Source: Azolla caroliniana (taxonomy: Eukaryota > Plantae > Polypodiophyta). Taken from it: DNA of 64,000 nt. Both the position numbers and the translations under genes were made by a program. Positions 52,360-64,000 of this stretch are shown here, piece by piece. The stretch lies in NCBI GenBank assembly GCA_043228905.1, contig JBHGNT010000001.1, positions 29,574,001 to 29,638,000 on the forward strand, read 5' to 3'. The first letter of the stretch is position 1. Each line of letters begins with the position of its first letter. The notes under the pieces are model-generated. The model was given only the letters and a program-made list of their open reading frames with translations. It did no database searches and was not told the DNA's origin.

Positions 52360-54247
52360 ACGTGACGACCGATGGGGCGAGCACTCCGGCACTTAACGGC
52401 TTCGACGAGAGAAAGTACGACGGCGAGTGGCTACACATCGGTGGTTTTTTGAGGACAATGACGCCGGATGCGTCATGGACGAAGGACAAGGCCAACCGGA
52501 TCCGGAAGAAAGCATACCGATTCTTTCTCCGGGACGGATACTTATGGAAGCACCCGAAGAAGAGGAACGGCGTCCCGCTCCGGGTGGTGGCGATGAAGGA
52601 AGAGCAGGAGGAGCTGCTGACGGCCTACCACGACAGCCCTTGGGCTGGACAACGTGGAACGTGGGCCACGTTCGAGAAGATAAAGGGGAAGTACTGGTGG
52701 TCGGGACTATAACGGGACGTGCATCGGTTCGTGACAACTTGCGAGAGCTGTCAGATGCACTCCATAGTCCGACATCGGGACGAGCTTCACCCTACGTACC
52801 CTCCGACCATCCACTTCAAATGGATGGTAGATCTGGTGATGATGCCGATGGGAGTAGGACAGATGCGGTATCTGGTCCTGGCTCGGGAAGATCTGACGAA
52901 CCAGGTGGAAGGCCGAGCCCTTCAGAACAAAACGACCGCGGCCGTATGTCGGTTCTTGATCGAGGACGTGATATGCCGGTACGGGTGCGTCGGGAAGATC
53001 GTGGCTAAGCGCGGGGAGTTGGACGCCGAAGAGGCCGAGGAACTGTTCGACCGGCTAGGAGTCAAGCTCTCGCTTACCACTGCGTACAATCCGGAGGCGA
53101 ATGGGAAGGTGGAGTGCGGACACGGACCGATCGTCAAGGCGTTAGTTCGGGCATGCGGAGGTCAAGTCGGGAACTGGCCGCGACTGTTGCCTTACGCGTT
53201 GTGGGCGGATCGAACTACGCACAGTTCGGTAACCGGATTCATGCCGGCAGAGCTCATGTTTGGGCAGAAGCCGATCATGCCGATGGAACGTACGATCTCC
53301 TCATGGGAAACCGTGGACTGGAGAGACGAGATGAGCCGGGAGGAATTGTTGGCGGCGCGCATACGACAGCTTGAGCGAAGACCGGAGGACGTGGAACAGG
53401 CTACGGGAAAGCTTCGGGTGGCAAGGACGAAGAACAAAGCCCGGTTCGACCGAACGCACCGTCTCCGACCGAAGAAGATCGAGGAAGGCGACTGGGTGCT
53501 AGTCTACGACAGCAGCCTCGACAACCAGCACCGAGCAACACGGCAGTTCGCAAGAAGGTGGTTCGGGCCTTACGTGGTACAAAACGCCAACGACAACGGG
53601 ACATACCATCTGGTGGAACTCGACGGTACGAGAATGGCGATACCAGTAGTTGGGAAGCGGATCAAAGCGTTCAAGAAGCGTCACGACGACGAGCCAGATC
53701 CGGTTGACCTGGACCGCGACGACGAACGATCCGAAACCGAGGAAGAACCGACGGGCGGGGAATGAAGACTGGACCGGTTTTCTCCGTCCCAGCTCAATTT
53801 GGCGCATGCCGGTGGATGCGCGGTTAGGTGGGGGCGGATGTCGTGAAGAAAACCGTCCACAAGCGGAATCGGTGCACCGGAGCGTAGGAACCGGCTCTTC
53901 ATGCATGTACGTCTTATGTTGTACATAAGAGAGAATTAGGTACATAGAAGATCCTAGGTAGGTAGATTCAGTAGGTAGGAAGTTAATGGGAAACGACTCC
54001 TTTCTTGCCTATAAAAGGAGGGAGACGGGGGATCGCGGTTAGAGAGGACGAAGTGCTATCGTGTTGTCGGCCTAAGGCTTCTCTCTCTTCCATACTCCGT
54101 AGCTTCTTTCTGTGCAGGTTTTCGGGAGGCTCGCGCTGCTCTAAGGAATGCCCGAGTGCTTCCGGCCATAGCTCCAACCTACTCCTTTCTTTCTGAGCGT
54201 TTACGAACGGTCCGATTCTTGCGTTCCGAATGGTCACGCGCGCTATG

Positions 54248-54283
54248 CACCGATTACGCTAAGGGACGGTTTTCTTCACGACA
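54248..54283 (-). mobile_element. 36-bp 5'-terminal LTR stub inserted into element B pol
   Basis: The minus strand reads TGTCGTGAAGAAAACCGTCCCTTAGCGTAATCGGTGCA, which is the LTR start (compare 53839-53876). It is joined to CCGC of B pol. Confidence 0.8.
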
Positions 54284-54888
54284 CCGCAAGAAGAATCGGT
54301 ATGCCTTCCTCCGTATCCGGCTCGCCTCCTCTCTCGCCCATGTTGCGTCCGGCGTCATCGTCCGTAGGAACCTCCCGATTTGGAGCCACTCCCCGTTGTA
54401 CCTGCTTTCGTCAAATTCGTTAAGCGCCGGAGTGTTCCCTTTCCTCGTCGTTACGTTAGCCGACCCGAAGAAGTCCTCACCGACTTCTTCGTCTTCCGAA
54501 ACCATGCCGTCTTCGTCGTTGAACCTTGCCCTCGAAAGCATGTCGGCCATGGCGTTGTCCTTTCCGGAGATGTGCCGTATCTCCGGGTTCAGGGACTTAA
54601 TGTACGCTATCCACCGGAGCATTGCTAGGTTCGGCGTCACGCATCCGGAAACCATGCCGAGTATCGGCAGGCAGTCCGTCTCGATAATCACCTCTGTCCT
54701 GATCAGATAATCCTTGTCGGCCTTGACCGCCGAAACGACACCCCAAAGTTCGCTCTTAACTTGGGCGTACCCTCGCTGCCGCTCGCTCAATACCTTCGCC
54801 CCGAACCGGATCGGGAATCGTGCGCCGCCCTGGTCCTCATGACTGATTACCCACCAGATCCCGGTCGGGCTGGTGTCCACCGTTACGT
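54284..54888 (-). mobile_element. Ty3/Gypsy element B, RNase H and linker segment
   Basis: VTVDTSPTGI..ELWG..ETDC..NAMADMLSR, continuing directly from 61811 once A2 is removed. Confidence 0.88.
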
Positions 54889-57800
54889 TGTCGAGGTATT
54901 CCTCGCGGATGCGTGGAATGAGGTGGGACCTCGGGGGTCCTGTACCGAAGAGCAAGGGAGAAAGGAGAGGGGAAGAGACCCACGAGGTGTGAACGTAGAT
55001 TCACAGGGACACGGCCCTTCGACACGAAGACGCGAATGGGACAGGGACACAGAGAGACACGAATCTATGTATGTATTAACAAAGACAAACAACAAGACAC
55101 GAAGTCGGTTACAACCGAACAGGCCGGCGAACAGATGCCGATGCCTGGTCGCGAACGCTCAGAAAGGAAAGAGTAGGTTGGAGGTGCTGCCGGAAGCACT
55201 CGGGCATTCCTCAGAGCAGCGTGAGCCTCACGAAACCTGCACAGAAAGAAGCTATGGAGTATGGAAGAGAGAGGAGCCTTCGACCGACAGCCCGACAGCC
55301 CGACAACACTTCGTCCTCTCTGATTCCGCGATCCCCACCCCCTCCTCGTCTTCCTTCTTTTATAGGCAAGGAAGGAGCCGTTTCTCATTAACTTCCTACC
55401 TACCGAATCTACCTACATAGGATCTTCTATGTACAACATACGACGTACGTTCATGAAGAGCCGGTTCCTATGCTCCGGCGCACCGATTCCGCTCGTGGAC
55501 GGTTTTCTACACGACATCCGCCCCCACCTAACCGCGCATCCACTGGCATGCGCCAAATTGAGTTGGGACGGAGAAAACCGGTCCAGCCTTCATTCTCCGC
55601 CCGTCGGTTCTTCCTCAGTTTCGGATCGTTCGTCGTCGCGGTCCAGGTCAACCGGATCCGGCTCGTCGTTGTGACGCTTCTTGAACGCTTTGATCCGCTT
55701 CCCAGCTACCGGCATCGCCATTCTCGTGCCGTCGAGTTCTGCCAGATGGTACGTCCCGTTGTCGTTGGCGCTTCGTACCACGTAAGGTCCGAACCACCTT
55801 CTCGCGAACTTTCGTGTCGATCGGTGCTGGTTGTCGAGGCTGCTGTCGTAGACTAGCACCCAGTCACCTTCCTCGATCTTCTTCGGTCGGAGCCGGTGCG
55901 TTCGGTCGAACCGGGCTTTGTTCCTCGTCCTTGCCACCTAAAGCTTTTCCGCAGCCTGCTCCACGTCCTCTGGTCTTCGCTCGAGTGCCGTCAACAGTTC
56001 CTCCCGGCTCATCTCGTCTCTCCAGTCCACGGTTGCCCATGAGGAGATCGTACGTTCCATCGGCATGATCGGCTTCTGCCCAAACATGAGCTCTGCCGGC
56101 ATGAATCCGGTTACCGAACTGTGCGTAGTTCGGTCAGCCCACAACGCGTAGGGCAGCAGCCGTGGCCAGTTCCCGACTTGCCCTCCGCATGCCCGAACTA
56201 ACGCCTTGACGATCGGTCCGTGTCCGCGCTCCACCTTCCCATTCGCCTCCGGATTGTATGTAGTGGTAAGTGAGAGCTTGACTCCTAGCCGGTCGAACAG
56301 CTCCTCGGCCTCTTCGGCGTCCAACTCCCCGCGATCAGCCACGATCTTCCCGACGCACCCGTACCGGCATATCACGTCCTCGATCAGGAACCGGCATACG
56401 GCCGCGGTCGTTTTGTTCTTAAGGGCTCGGCCTTCTACCTGGTTCGTCAGATCTTCCCGAGCCAGGACCAGATACCGCATCTGTCCTACCCCATCGACAT
56501 CGTCACCAGATCTACCATCCATTTGAAGTGGATGGTAGGAGGGTACGTAGGGTGAAGCTTGTCCCGATGTCGGACTATGGAGTGCATCTGACAGCTCTCA
56601 CAAGTCGTCACGAACTGATGCACGTCTCGGTACAGTCCTGGCCACCAGTACTTCCCCTTTATCTTCTCGAACGTGGCCCACATTCCACGGTGTCCAGCCC
56701 AAGGGCTGTCGTGGTAGGCCGTCAGCAGCTCCTCCTGTTCTTCCTTCATCGCCACCACCCGGAGCGGGACGCCGTTCCTCTTCTTCGGGTGCTTCCATAA
56801 GTATCCGTCCCGGAGAAAGAATCGGTATGCTTTCTTCCGGATCCGGTTGGCCTCGTCCCTCGTCCACGACGCATCCGGCGTCATTGTCCTCAAAAACCCA
56901 CCGATCTGTAGCCACTCGCCGTCGTACTTGCTTTCGTCGAAGCCGTTAAGCGCCGGAGTGCTCGTCCCATCGGTCGTCACGTACGCTGCCTCGAAGAAGT
57001 CCACGCCGACTTCTTCGTCCTCCGAAACCATGCCGCCCTCATCATCAAACCTCGCCCTCGAAAGCATGTCGGCCAAGGCGTTGTCCTTTCCGGAAATGTG
57101 CCGTATTTTCGGGTCCAGGGACTTGATGTACGCTATCCACCTGAGCATCGCCAGGTCCGGTGTCGCGCATCCGGAAACCATGCCGAGAATTGGCAGGCAA
57201 TGCGTCTCGATAATTACTTCTGTACTGATCAGGTAGTCTTTGTCGGCCTTTACCGCCGAAACGATACCCCAGAGTTCACGTTTAACCTGGGCGTACCCTC
57301 GCTGTCGCTCACTGAGGACCTTCGCGCCGAATCGGATCGGGAACCGAATGCCGTCCTCGTCTTCTTGGTTGACGACCCATCCGATCCCGGTCGGGCTCGT
57401 ATCCACCGTTATGTATACCGGGGTACCCTTCTCGTAGATAGCCTTCCGGAGCGCCAGTGCTGCTGCAAGAGCTTCCTTCAGCTTCTGGACCGACTCCGTG
57501 TGCTCGTCTCGCCACTCGAATTTTCACCCCTTCTTCAGCAACCTGTATAGTGGCTCCGCAACGTGGGCTTAATGCGGGATCCATATGTGGTAGAACGCGC
57601 ATGCCCCCAGGAACCTCCGAACTTCCGTAACCGAGCTACAGTCGGTCTTCATCGCGCAGATGGCTTCTACCTTTGCCGGAGACAGCTTCCGGCCATATGG
57701 TCCACATAGGTGTCCGACCACCAGGATTTCTGATTGCCCGAAGGCCGATTTCTCCCCGGAGAAGGTGAGCCTCGCATCCTCTAGCCTTTGTAGCACCTTC

Positions 57801-58983
57801 TCGCAGTCGTTGATGTGTGTTGCCATGAATCGCCGGCATCCGTCCGGCCCGAGTGTCTCGTCCTTCTCTTCCACCGGGCACCCTTTGATAGGGATGTCTT
57901 CTAGAAACGGCATGGTGATGTCCGGGATGCAATCCCTCAGTACCTTGTTCATTGCATTCACCATGTGGGCCACTGAGTTAGTCCCTCCTTGTGGCAGGGT
58001 ACACATTCGCACTAGGCCGAGGGGAGTTCGCATCGTCGTAATGTCTCTGCTCTCCACGGCCAGTTGGAACTGGTCGTACCCCGAGTACAGATCACCGACC
58101 GAGTAAATCGACCTTCCGGCGAAGGCCTCCGCGAACTCGTCTATGGTCGTTCCGATTCCTGCGTTTCGAATGGTCACTCTGTTGACCGGCTGCAGGTCTT
58201 GAATGAAGCGTATCGTTCCGTTTTTCTTTGGTACGGTAAACCATCGGTTCGAGTATGGGGCACTTGACGGTTCGAGAATGCCCATATCTACTTTCTGCTT
58301 CAATAGCTCCATCAACTTCGGGATGTGAGCTCTCGGTACCGGAATCGGCTTGAGATTCCACGGCACATGCGGTACTGTGAATATCACCATCGGCTCCACG
58401 ATCGTCGGGTCTACGCACCCGATCTCTTCTGGTGAGAATGCGAAGGCTTTCCCGTGCCTTCCGAGCATTCTACGAAACCGATCTTCCTCCGCCGGTAGTA
58501 GGAACCCGCCCCCACCGATCTTGAGCTCTCGGAGCGTCCCGTCGGTGAAGGTGTGTCCTATGCAGGCCGGATCTCGTAAACTGGGGTCCGACGCCACCCC
58601 TCTGATTCGGGACTCGCTGCCCTCCGGTAAGGGTGCCGCGACCGGCCTTACCTTCCGGTCCACAGTCTTGTACTTCGTGCTAACTCGGGCTATCTGATCC
58701 GACTCGAGCCCCTGACTGAAGTCCGCGATGACTTCGTACATCTCTTCGGAACATACCGGTATCGTCCGGTCTTCGTTAAGGTCTTCTCCGGCTATCTTCC
58801 GCAGCATCCCCAAGGTGTCGTCGAAGGAGACCGCCTCCACGGCTCCGCTGATTTCCTCGTCCGGGCCGAGGACTCCGCACGCTCGAAGTCGCTCCTCCGC
58901 CCTTGCCCTTTCTCGGCCAACGATGCCGACTATCATACATCCTCCGTCGTCGGAGAAGCAAAATTTCTTGCCTATCGTACAAG

Positions 58984-59051
58984 CTGTGGGGTCTTTCCCG
59001 AGTGTCTGGACTGTCTCGGCCCCACGCCTTGGCAGCCCTCTCTAAAAATTC
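58984..59051 (-). promoter_or_regulatory. Predicted recoding signal between protease and RT (slippery heptamer, UAG, H-type pseudoknot) in A2
   Basis: G AAT TTT TAG AGA, then GGGCTGCC..GACAGTCC stem with loop GTGGGG pairing to downstream CCCCAC. The same structure is in element B. Confidence 0.65.
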
Positions 59052-61169
59052 TCCCGGTTCTCGCCACCGAGGGATTCGCGGTTTCGCTCGTGGTTCGGTC
59101 GCACCGTCAGAAATTGGACCGAATGGCGCCCGTCCTGGCTTTTGACCCTCGCGTAGGCTGAACCGTTGTCCAGCACTTTGGTCTCCATCCGCGCCGCCGT
59201 GATGTATGGTTCCCCTAATATGACCGGGTGCGAGGACGTCTCCTGTACGAAGAAATGCTGGTCAATCTCGACGTCGTCGATCTTGACTCGCACGTTCGGG
59301 CAGGCCCCATGCAGTTCCTCGGTGGCGCGCGTCGCCGCCCGTATCTTCCACCCGTGCTTGGTGTTGATCGGCCACTTTCCCTTCTTATAGAAATCCATGG
59401 ACATCAGGTTTATTTCCGAACTGTGGTCCACCAATGCTACCACCGGTTCCTGAACATCTCCGATCTTTACCGGGGTCTCCGTGGTCGCTCGGGCCCAGTG
59501 TGGCCTCGAATAGTGGCTCTTCGCACACTCATCTGCCAGCGCCGAGTCGTCGATGTGCGTCGTCCGCACCTCCACCGGTCTCTCCGGTTCCGTCTCCGTC
59601 GACAGCCTCTTCCGCTTCACCAAGTCCACAATGGAGTCGTGGAACTCCTTATTAGCGATCCCTAGCACCTCCCGTAATGACAACTCCACTTTGCTGTCTA
59701 GGATCCGTTCTTCTAGGACCTTCCGTAGGTCCGTGGTCCTTTCTATTTCCGTCCCCAGTCGGTATCCACCCTTCCTGGGGTTATCTTGCGTGCTGGACCC
59801 ACCGACATCATTCCGTCGTTGCCCGAATCAGGTCTCGTATCGTTGTGAGGGCCCGGCCGATCCGGCTTTCCCCGCTCGTTTGTCTTCTACCAGAGCCTCG
59901 TAGTTTCGGTAGGCGGCTTCTACGAAGCCCGTCTTCTCCTCGACCGGGTCGCTCCACCCGGTTACTTCCCGGACCCGTTTCTCGGCGCGGTCCGCTTTGT
60001 CTTTCCTCAACCGTGCGCCGGCGAGGCCTTCCAGCATTGCCGACCAGAATCCGTCTTTGCTCTCCTTTCGGGCCTCGCTGCCCCCGACCCGAATGCCGGC
60101 CGACGCCGAGTAGTGGATGGCCTCCACGTGTCGGGCCGCTGCCTCTTCCATCAGTCTCTTCATACCTCCTCGCCCGTCGTTTCGGTTTAGGGCCCTTCTG
60201 GTGTCGCCAGCATGCACCCGGCCTTCCCATAGGTACACCACCCGGTCCCTCAACGCCTCTGCAAAATTGCCGCAGTCCTTCCGAATGTGGCCGACCTCGT
60301 CGCACCACATGCACCTGTTCCTTGTTGCCGGCCGTCGGTCATGAGCCGGTTCGCCACCTTCCCTTCGAGTCTGGGCGATTTGGAGGTCCTTTATCGCCCG
60401 CGTCAACTCCTCCAGCGCTGCTCCTCTGGACGAGCCATTGACCTGGCTGGTCGAAGCCGGACCGGTTTCGAGCCATTCCCGGGTTTCTTCCCTTCACCCT
60501 TGCGGTGCCGGTTCAAGCCTCCTTGCTGTGACAGAGCCCGCACCAGCCGCCCCGTTGTCGAAACGGCCATAGACTCTCTTAACCGCAGCCCAGTCGGTCG
60601 TCAGCCCGTCTTCGAATTCCAGCAAGGAGCCGACTTGATCCCGGTCCCGCTCGTCCACCGACTTGACGAACAGTAGGACCCGGCTCGTATCCATAACGGT
60701 TCGGTCAAGCGCCGAAAGGCGCGCAAAGCGTTCCTCAAACTACCGGAGGAGTGCCGACGCGTTTCTTCCCTTGCCGGGGGACTCCACCCATTCCATGAAG
60801 TCCCGTTTCGAAAGTCGGAGCGTGTCGTCCAGCCCGTATCTTTCTAGGAGTCGACCCTCGAACTCCTCCCAGGTACGGCTCTCCGCCCGTACCTCGAGCA
60901 CCTCCGCATGGATGCTCGGCATCGCCACTCGAGGGAACCCGGCAAGACGCCTCTCTTCCGGAATGTCCCGCATCAACATTTCTGCCCCGTAGGACGCCAA
61001 ATACTTCGTGGCATCCTTTCCGCTGAACCGGCCGATCGTACCGACGACCGCCTCAATGGCTCTGTCGAGGGTGTCGGAGCCCTCGCGTGCGCTCAATATC
61101 CGATCCACGGCCGAAGCCATGGCCTCCGCAAGATCCAACCCTTTCATCTTCTGCTCTTCTGTCGCCTCC

Positions 61170-61187
61170 TTCACGTCGGGTTCACCA
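61170..61187 (-). promoter_or_regulatory. Primer-binding site complementary to tRNA-Trp (element A2)
   Basis: The plus strand reads TTCACGTCGGGTTCACCA, identical to the tRNA-Trp 3' end including CCA. Confidence 0.88.
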
Positions 61188-61810
61188 AGATGTCGAGGTA
61201 TTCCTCGCGGATGCGTGGAATGAGGCGGGACCTCGGGGGTCCTGTACCGAAGAGCAAGGGAGAAAGGAGAGGGGAAGAGACCCACGAGGTGCGAACGTAG
61301 ATTCACAAGGACACGACCCTTCGACACGAATACGCGAGTGGGACAGCGACACAGAGAGACACGAATCTATGTATGTATTAACAAAGACAAACAACAAGAC
61401 ACGAAGTCGGTTACAACCGAACAGGCCGGCGAACAGATGCCAATGTCTGTTCGCGAACGCTCAGAAAGGAAAGAGTAGGTTGGAGGTGCTGCCGGAAGCA
61501 CTCGGGCATTCCTCAGAGCAGCGCAAGCCTCATGAAACCTGCACAGAAAGAAGCTATGGAGTATGGAAGAGAGAGGAGCCTTCGACCGACAACCCGACAA
61601 CACTTCGTCCTCTCTGATTCCGCGATCCCCACCCCCTCCTCGTCTTCCTTCTTTTATAGGCAAGGAAGGAGCCGTTTCTCATTAACTTCCTACCTACCGA
61701 ATCTACCTACATAGGATCTTCTATGTACAACATACGACATACGTTCATGAAGAGCCGGTTCCTATGCTCCGGCGCACCGATTCCGCTCGTGGACGGTTTT
61801 CTTCACGATA

Positions 61811-64000
61811 ACGCAGATGGGAACATCCTTGCTGTAAACCGCTTTACGGAGAGCCAGCGCTGCCGTAAGCACCTCCTTTAGTCTCCGAACCGACTCCGTG
61901 TGCTTCGTCCTCCACTCAAAGCTACGCCCCTTTTTTAATAGTCTGTAGAGGGGTTCCGCGATATTTGCGTAGTGCGGGATCCAGATGTGCTAGAACGCGC
62001 ATGCCCCCAAGAATCTGCGGACCTCTGTGACCGACCCGCAAAGGTTCCTCATCGCGGAGATGGCCTCTACCTTTGCCGGAGACGGTTTCCTACCGTAAGG
62101 CCCACACAGGTGTCCGACCACCAAGATCTTCGACTCTCCGAAGGCCGACTTTTCCCCGGAGAAGGTGAGCCTCACGCACTCTAGTCTCTACAACACCTTC
62201 TCGCAGTCATCGATGTGGGACGCCACGAAATTCCGACATCCGTTCGGCCCGATTGCCTCGTCCCTTTTCTCCATTGGGCATCCCTTGATCAGGATGTCGT
62301 CTAAGAACGGCATGGTGATGTCCGGGATACAATCCTTGAGCACTTTGTTCATCGCATTCACCATGTGAGCCACTGAGTTCGTCCCTCCTTGTGGCAGGGT
62401 ACACATCCGCACTAGGCCGAGAGGAGTCCGCATCGTCGTAATGTCTCTGCTCTCCACAGCTAGTTGGAACTTATCGTACCCCGAGTACAGATCACCGACA
62501 GAATAGATCAACCTTCCAACGAAGGCCTCTGCAAACTCGTCTATGGTCGGTCCGATCCTTGCGTTGACCGGTTGTAGGTCCTGGATGAAGCGCAGTAAAC
62601 CACCGATTCGAATACGGGGCACTCGACGGTTCGAGGATGCCCATATCCACCTTTTACTTTAGGAGCTCCATCAACTTCGGGATGTGAGCTCTCGGCACCG
62701 GAATCAACTTGAGATTCCACGGTACATGCGGTACCGTGAAGATCACCATCGGTTCGACAACTGTCGGGTCTACGCACCCAATCTCCTCCGGTGAGAATGC
62801 GAAAGCCTTCCTGTGCCTCCCGATCATTCTCTGAAACCGGTCCTCCTCCACCGGCAGTAGGAAGCCGCCCCCACCGACCTTGAGCTCCCGTAGCGTTATG
62901 TCGGTGAACCGGTGCCCTATGCCAGCCGGATCTCGTAAAATTGGGTCCGACGCGACCCCCTTTATCCGCTCCTCGCTGCCCTCCGGCAAGGGTGCCGCGA
63001 CTGGCCTCACCTTCCAGTCCACAGTCTTGTATTTCGTATCCACGCGGGCCGTCCGATCCGACCCGATCCTTTCCCCGAAGTTTGCGATGACTTCGTACAT
63101 TCCTATTGACCCCACTGGAACGGTCCGGTCTTCTCTAAGGTCTTCACCGATCACCTTTCGTAGTTCGCCCAAGGTGTCGTCAAAAGAGACCGCCTCCACG
63201 GCGCCGCTGATGCCCTCGTCAGGGAACAGGACTCCACATCCCCTGAGCCGCTCCTCCGCTCGCTTCCTCTCCCTGCCGCTGACGCTGGTTATAGTATAAC
63301 CTCCGCTGTCGGAGAACCAAAATTTCCTACCTATGGTACAGATCTTCTTCCGTACTGTACATTTGTGGGGTTCTTCCCGGGTTCCGGACTATCGCGGCCC
63401 CACGCCTTGACAACCCTCTCTAAAAATCCCCTCGGGTTTCGCTGCCGAGGGCCTCGCGGTTACGCTCATGGTTTGGTCGCACCGTTAGGAACTGGACCGA
63501 GTGACGCCCGTCTTGGCTCTTGACTCTTGCATAGGCTGAACCGTTGTCCAGCACCTTGGTCTCCATCCGTGCTGCCGTGATATATGGTTCTCCCAGTATA
63601 ACCGGATGCGAGGACGTCTCCTGCACGACGAAGTGCTGGTCGATCTGGACAGGCCCCATGTAGTTCTTCCGTGGTGCGCGTCGCTGCCCGTATCTTCCAG
63701 CCATGCTTGGTGTTGATCGGCCATTTACCCTTCTTGTTGATCCGTACTGGGGTTTCCGTAGTCGCCCTGGCCCAATGCGGCTTCGTGTAGTGGCTTCCCG
63801 CTAGCTCATCTTCCAAGGCTCCGTCTTCCAGGTGCGTGGTCCGCACTTCCACCGGCTTCTCCGGCTCCGGCTCCGTCGAGAACCTCTTCCGCTTCACCAA
63901 GTCTACGATAGAGTTGTGGAACTCCCTCTTGGCGATTCCTAGCACCTCTCGCAATGACAACTCCACTTTACTGTCGAGGATCCGCTCTTCAAGGACCTTC
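61811..64000 (-). mobile_element. Ty3/Gypsy element B (sister subfamily of A): gag end, deleted protease, RT; continues beyond the window
   Basis: ORFs 63466..63966, 63420..63704, 62654..63199 and 62188..62622 are colinear with A2 with many synonymous differences. Short deletions remove the protease catalytic motif. Confidence 0.92.
63363..63429 (-). promoter_or_regulatory. Predicted recoding signal between protease and RT in element B
   Basis: G GAT TTT TAG AGA, then GGGTTGTC..GATAGTCC stem with loop GTGGGG pairing to CCCCAC. Confidence 0.65.

Larger units (their letters stand above)
48941..54208 (+). mobile_element. Ty3/Gypsy element A1 (defective): 5' LTR 48941-49553, gag, deleted PR, RT-RH-INT, PPT, 3' LTR 53839-54208
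   Basis: Gag ATG at 49597. RT has DLYSGYDQF, LPQG and FLDD, RNase H has TVDTSPTGIG, ELWG, ETDC and NAMADMLSR, and integrase has H..H..CESC, YNPEANGKVE and WFGPY. PPT at 53822-53838. Both LTRs are truncated, about 2.1 kb is deleted near 50440, and there is a nested solo LTR. Confidence 0.93.
54889..61810 (-). mobile_element. Full-length Ty3/Gypsy element A2 (6.9 kb): 5' LTR 61810-61191, gag-PR, RT-RH-INT, 3' LTR 55516-54889
   Basis: Paired LTRs of 620 and 628 bp, PBS at 61170-61187 and PPT at 55517-55533. Zinc knuckle CMWCDEVGHIRKDC, protease ALVDHSSEINL, then RT, RNase H and integrase with GPY and no chromodomain. Flanks are ACGT (54885-54888) and ACGC (61811-61814). It carries several stops and frameshifts. 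Confidence 0.95.

Noticed and set aside
49054-63966. Many overlapping antisense and alternate-frame ORFs inside the Gypsy elements
   Set aside because: Expected by-products of high GC content. There is no evidence for env-like or accessory genes.

Overview
Land-plant nuclear DNA. A non-seed plant such as a fern is my guess from the transposon lineages, and it is not proven. The left 35 kb is AT-rich and holds four protein genes: a 4-exon NPF6/NRT1.1-type transporter (+), a 19-exon NatB auxiliary subunit NAA25 (-), a single-exon Cys/Gly-rich probable plastid protein (+) and an F-box/Kelch protein of the At1g55270/SAGL1 type (-). A truncated U6 snRNA fragment lies just upstream of NAA25, and LINE fragments and a Mutator-type MITE are scattered between the genes. 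The right 24 kb is a nested transposon island containing RTE and L1 LINEs, a Copia remnant, a 1.4-kb foldback, and a stack of GC-rich non-chromoviral Ty3/Gypsy elements. These Gypsy elements are the most interesting part. They have a perfect tRNA-Trp primer-binding site, make 4-bp CpG-centred target duplications (mostly ACGT), and stop Gag-protease at a UAG flanked by a slippery site and a predicted H-type pseudoknot conserved between two subfamilies, which points to -1 frameshifting between protease and RT. One copy appears inverted between its own LTRs. All coordinates were read by eye.
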